Origin: Bacteroidia bacterium | Lineage (GTDB): Bacteria; Bacteroidota; Bacteroidia; NS11-12g; UBA955 | DNA length: 64,000 nucleotides | Direction: 5' to 3' | Assembly (NCBI GenBank): GCA_041391605.1 | Contig: JAWKNQ010000007.1 | Span: 23,195-87,194, forward strand | Part shown: piece by piece, positions 59,825-64,000 of the stretch | Layout: each line of letters opens with the position of its first letter | Numbering within the stretch: position 1 is the first letter of the stretch | The notes under the pieces: model-generated | The model's input: the letters and a program-made list of their open reading frames with translations, nothing else | What the model was told of the DNA's origin: nothing | The model's database searches: none | Position numbers and translations under genes: made by a program

Positions 59825-61282
59825 ATGAAACAAATAAAGCTACTCATCACCCTATTTACAGTTTTCTTCCTCTTCAATCAAGCCCAAGCCGCTTGTAATT
59901 GGAGCGCAAACATTCGAAGTTTCAATGTGCGTGACACCTGTAATAACACCACCTTAAAAATGATTCTTGGCAGTATTTCTCTCAATAACTCGAGTAATAT
60001 TAGCTATGAATGGTCAGTGTCTGAGAAAAAGGGAAATAAATGGCAAAACAATACCTATAACTACTATTACTTCCCAAGTAAGAACGGCAAATACAGCATC
60101 TGTCTTAAGTTGAGAGACTCTGCTAACAAATGCGACACAACACTCTGCACCACCATTAATTTTAATTGTTTACCAAAATGCAATTGGAAGGGTCAAAACA
60201 TCTTTTTTGGATACATCGACAGTTGCTGGAAAAAAATGATACAAACTGGCATGCATGGGTATGTAAGGATTAACAACAACTATGTCACCGACTACGTATA
60301 TACGTGGACAATTAATGGAGATACAATGAGTTCCGATTCGCACTCTATCAATCATATTTTTACTAAAAATGGGAAATACACATTGTGTGTGAATGTCAGA
60401 GATACCGTAAACAATTGCGACACTACTATGTGTGGTACAATGACAATAAATTGTTTGTCTAACTGCAATTGGAAAGACCGCAAAGCAGCTTTTGTCAGCG
60501 GAGATTCTTGTGGTAAAAACTTCAATTACATCCACAGTCGTATCTTATTTGCTGGCAAATACCGCAGCGATTACATTTACAAATGGACCGTTGATAGCAC
60601 AACACTGAATAGACCTTATGCAGATATCAATTACACGCCTAAATACAACGGAACTTATAAAGTATGTGTAAAGGTTATGGACACAGCAAACAATTGCGAT
60701 ACCACTTATTGCACGACCGTTAAAATGACTTGTATGCCTTCGTGTGATTGGAATGGCCGCAAAGCAGCCTTTACCAATGGCGACTCCTGTGGTTCGAACT
60801 TTAATTTCATTCACAGTCGCATTCTTTTTGGCGGCAAATACCGCAGCGATTACATCTACAAATGGACTGTAGACAACTCAACTCTTAAATCGCCTTACGG
60901 GTATATGAGTTACGACACAAAGAAAAACGGTACTTATAAAGTGTGTGTGAACGTTACCGATACTGCTAATAACTGCGATACCACCTACTGCACAACAGTT
61001 AAAATGACTTGTGCACCATCCTGCAATTGGAAAGATCGTAAAGCATCAATTACAGTTGCCGACTCATGCAATCAATACTTTAATATTATTCATGGAGGAA
61101 TGGTGTTCAACGGCAAATACCGCAGTGACTTTATATACAAATGGACCATAGACAGCGCTGTTGCTAAATCACCTTATGGTTCTTTTGATTACTCAGTAAG
61201 TAAAAACGGAACCTATAAAGTGTGTGAACAGTTTAGATTCAGCAAACAATTGCGACACAACTTATTGCAAGTGTTAAAGTAG
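59825..61282 (+). CDS. N-terminal part of a T9SS-secreted protein built from tandem ~90-aa cysteine-rich PKD-like repeats
   Basis: Signal peptide; repeats C(N/D)WK..RK..DSC...KYRSDYIYKWTV...NGTYKVCV.V.DTANNCDTTYC; the frame is lost at ~61240. Confidence 0.6.
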   Translation: MKQIKLLITLFTVFFLFNQAQAACNWSANIRSFNVRDTCNNTTLKMILGSISLNNSSNISYEWSVSEKKGNKWQNNTYNYYYFPSKNGKYSICLKLRDSANKCDTTLCTTINFNCLPKCNWKGQNIFFGYIDSCWKKMIQTGMHGYVRINNNYVTDYVYTWTINGDTMSSDSHSINHIFTKNGKYTLCVNVRDTVNNCDTTMCGTMTINCLSNCNWKDRKAAFVSGDSCGKNFNYIHSRILFAGKYRSDYIYKWTVDSTTLNRPYADINYTPKYNGTYKVCVKVMDTANNCDTTYCTTVKMTCMPSCDWNGRKAAFTNGDSCGSNFNFIHSRILFGGKYRSDYIYKWTVDNSTLKSPYGYMSYDTKKNGTYKVCVNVTDTANNCDTTYCTTVKMTCAPSCNWKDRKASITVADSCNQYFNIIHGGMVFNGKYRSDFIYKWTIDSAVAKSPYGSFDYSVSKNGTYKVCEQFRFSKQLRHNLLQVLK

Positions 61283-61776
61283 ATTGTATCATCGTGCAAT
61301 TGGGCTGCCCGCAAACCAAACTTCGACTTATTCGACTCGTGTAGCAAGACCAAAGATGGTATTGTCTGGTCGTATAACATTTAATGGCAAAGCTCGTGGA
61401 ACCATTTATCAATACAGCGTCAATCAAAAGCCTATTAACGGCAATGGTGCTGAGTTTGCACATTCCATATACATGCTAATGGTGGCTATACCAGTTTATG
61501 TAAATGGTCAGCACCGCCGACAATTGCGACACCACCTTCTACAGAATCCATTAGAAGTGTATTGCATTAAAGGCTGCAACTGGAAAGACCGCAAAGGCAA
61601 CATGACCTTATTTGATTCATTGCCAATAACTTCAAATTACTTTAGGTGAGTTTCAATTCGCTGGTAAATACAATACCAGTTACATTTATAAATGGACCGT
61701 CAATAACGATTCCATCAACACCAACTACCCATTTATTGGATACACATTAAAAAACAATGGAACATTCAATGTATGT

Positions 61777-63795
61777 GTGCGCGTTATAGACACAGTAAAC
61801 AACTGTGACACCACATATTGCAAAACCATTACCACCAATTGTTTTAAATCGTCTTGTATTTGGAAAGACAAAAAACCGGATTTCAAAGTGATCGATTCGT
61901 GTTTAGGAAATAACGCTGTCTTCATTGGATATGTTTTATTCAGAGGCAATACCAACAGCACCTACACCTATCAATGGACAGTCAACAATGTTCCAGACAC
62001 CAAATACAAAGGCAATTCCCTGTACTCTTACATCACTAAAAATGGCACTTACACCGTTTGTGTTCGTGTAAAAGACACCGCCAACAATTGCGACACCACT
62101 TTCTGTGAAACCTTTAAAATAACTTGCTTGCAAGCTTGTGATTGGAAAAGCCAAAAACCGAAATTTGAATTCAGTGATTCATGCTTCAAAAGCAGTGCAA
62201 AAATCTTTGCTCACTTGACTTTTAATGGTAAGTACAACACCAAATATGCTTACAAGTGGAGTATCAACCAAAATCAAACGAACTCTACTTCGCCTTATGT
62301 GGTCGAAACATTTAGTAAAAATGGCTATTATACATTCTGCGTCAACGTTTACGATTCTGTAAACAATTGCGACACCAACTTCTGTGAAACCATCCAAATA
62401 AAATGTCTCTCAGGTTGTGATTGGAAATCTATGAAACCGAATTTCTACTTAACGGATTCATGTAATGCGAAATCACTGCACTCAGGAATTTTCTTCAATG
62501 GTAAATCGCGTACTGATTTGCAATACACATGGCGTTTGAATGGCAAGGTATTCAATTACAACGATAATATTGTTTCGCAAACCATTAGCAGCAACGGTGG
62601 ATATACTGTATGTGTTACAGTATACGACTCCAGCAAAAACTGCGACACCACATTCTGCGAATCCATTAAAATTAATTGCTTTAAAGCATGCAACTGGAAA
62701 GACCGCAAGCCGGATTTATCCGTTATAGATACCTGTGGAAGAAACATCAACGCATTGAGTGGTATTATATACTTCAATGGTAAATACCGCAGCGATTACA
62801 TTTACAAATGGACTGTAAACAATACAACTCTTAACTACACAGGTCCTTCGATGTACCACAATCTGAATAAAAATGGAACCTACTTTGTGTGTGTAAATAT
62901 AAAAGACACTGCTAACAACTGCGATACTACTATCTGTAAGACAGTGCAAGTAAACTGCATCACTTCTTGCAATTGGAAAGACCGCAAAGCGAAACTAGAG
63001 GTGTGGGACACTTGCCGAAACACATGCAAAGAAGTATTCAACCGAATTGATGGTTGGATTACATTTAACAACAAAGTAAATACATCCTACAAATATACCT
63101 GGCGTATCAATGGAACAATTGTTCAAAAAGACTGGGCATTCTTGCTAAATCCAGTTTCTCAAAACGGGAAATACACAGTTTGCCTGACTGTTCATGACAC
63201 AATCAACAATTGCGATACAAGCTTCTGTGAAACTGTTTATATGAACTGCATTCAAAAATGCAACTGGTCGCGAAATATGCCGAAACTTTACTTAAAGGAT
63301 TCGTGTAGTAAGAACTTTACAAAAATCATTGGTGAAGTAGACTTCAAAGAATGTCGCAAATCGTCTTACCTATACAAATGGACTGTTAATGGTACGCGAT
63401 TAAATTACACAGGACCTGCAATGTTGTACGACTTGAAAAAGAATGGAACCTACACCGTTTGTATCAATGTGTACGACAGTGTGAACAGATGTGACACCAC
63501 AATCTGCGATACACTTCAAGTGAAATGCCCAACCCTCGGCATAGGAAAATCCTTCCAAGCAATTAAAACCATTATCGTTTATCCTAACCCAACACAAGGC
63601 GAGATAAAATTTGAGTGGAATGGAGGAGCTGCTAAGTACCAATTAAGCAACCAACTGGGACAAATCCTCATGGAAGGCGAAGTAAATGAAACCGTAAATG
63701 TCCTTAACCTCAAAGGCTACAAACCAGGTGTATATGGATTGAGAATCATTGAAAACAATCAAGTGTATGTTAAGTCGATACTCTTGTTGGAATAA
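61777..63795 (+). CDS. C-terminal part of the same repeat protein, ending in a T9SS type A CTD
   Basis: Seven more repeats, then VYPNPTQGEIKFEW...GVYGLRIIENNQVYVKSILLLE. The intervening 61283-61776 holds two decayed repeat copies in shifting frames. Confidence 0.6.
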   Translation: MRVIDTVNNCDTTYCKTITTNCFKSSCIWKDKKPDFKVIDSCLGNNAVFIGYVLFRGNTNSTYTYQWTVNNVPDTKYKGNSLYSYITKNGTYTVCVRVKDTANNCDTTFCETFKITCLQACDWKSQKPKFEFSDSCFKSSAKIFAHLTFNGKYNTKYAYKWSINQNQTNSTSPYVVETFSKNGYYTFCVNVYDSVNNCDTNFCETIQIKCLSGCDWKSMKPNFYLTDSCNAKSLHSGIFFNGKSRTDLQYTWRLNGKVFNYNDNIVSQTISSNGGYTVCVTVYDSSKNCDTTFCESIKINCFKACNWKDRKPDLSVIDTCGRNINALSGIIYFNGKYRSDYIYKWTVNNTTLNYTGPSMYHNLNKNGTYFVCVNIKDTANNCDTTICKTVQVNCITSCNWKDRKAKLEVWDTCRNTCKEVFNRIDGWITFNNKVNTSYKYTWRINGTIVQKDWAFLLNPVSQNGKYTVCLTVHDTINNCDTSFCETVYMNCIQKCNWSRNMPKLYLKDSCSKNFTKIIGEVDFKECRKSSYLYKWTVNGTRLNYTGPAMLYDLKKNGTYTVCINVYDSVNRCDTTICDTLQVKCPTLGIGKSFQAIKTIIVYPNPTQGEIKFEWNGGAAKYQLSNQLGQILMEGEVNETVNVLNLKGYKPGVYGLRIIENNQVYVKSILLLE

Positions 63796-63924
63796 TATGT
63801 CTGAACTTGGATTTGGGGAGATTATTTGGATTAAAGAGATATTGTGACTGGAAATTATTTGTAATCAAAGAAACAAACACAATCCAAATTCCGAAGATCA
63901 CTATAAAAAACACAATATAAATAA

Positions 63925-63958
63925 AAAAGTCCCGCACGATGTGTGGGATTTTTTTTAT
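63925..63958 (+). terminator. Rho-independent terminator
   Basis: CCCGCAC-gat-GTGTGGG (one G-U pair) followed by ATTTTTTTT. Confidence 0.6.
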
Positions 63959-64000
63959 CTGATCTAATAAGTTTGGTTTATCACTTAGATTGGCTTCGTT

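Overview
AT-rich (~33-35% GC) Bacteroidota chromosome segment, most likely Flavobacteriia: it encodes many T9SS type A and type B C-terminal sorting domains, gliding-type PKD adhesins, and Flavobacterium-like gene order (coaX, putative OMP, lptC-like; holA with a divergent HsdR-N gene). The intact housekeeping core is queA, a TrmN6-like tRNA methyltransferase, terC, holA, rsfS, birA, coaX, ruvC, ribF, truB, an M23/LysM peptidase, a GT2 plus flippase-like pair, a DPP-IV S9 peptidase and a TonB-dependent-like OMP. The most system-like feature is an ~8.4 kb integrative element inserted into the 3' end of tRNA-Val(TAC), flanked by 48-bp direct repeats at 8437-8484 and 16891-16938. It carries a tyrosine integrase, an Xis-like HTH, a pC194-family rolling-circle Rep (HUH motif NPHYHLIV), a ~1046-aa single-chain Type IIG (MmeI-like) restriction-modification enzyme, a cytoplasmic trypsin-fold serine protease with a disrupted 5' end, and tandem TATGCAAAT arm-type repeats just inside both ends. 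Other notable content: a 192-aa minimal caspase/CHAT-like His-Cys protein; a RelE/ParE toxin-antitoxin pair; a ~6.3 kb PKD-repeat gliding adhesin with a type B C-terminal domain (CTD) interrupted by nonsense and frameshift lesions; tandem duplicated beta-helix T9SS genes with one copy pseudogenised; a ~1300-aa T9SS protein built from ~13 near-identical cysteine-rich PKD-like repeats; and a GC-rich structured intergenic island. Frameshift and nonsense lesions are strikingly concentrated in large secreted or surface (T9SS) protein genes, while housekeeping genes are intact.
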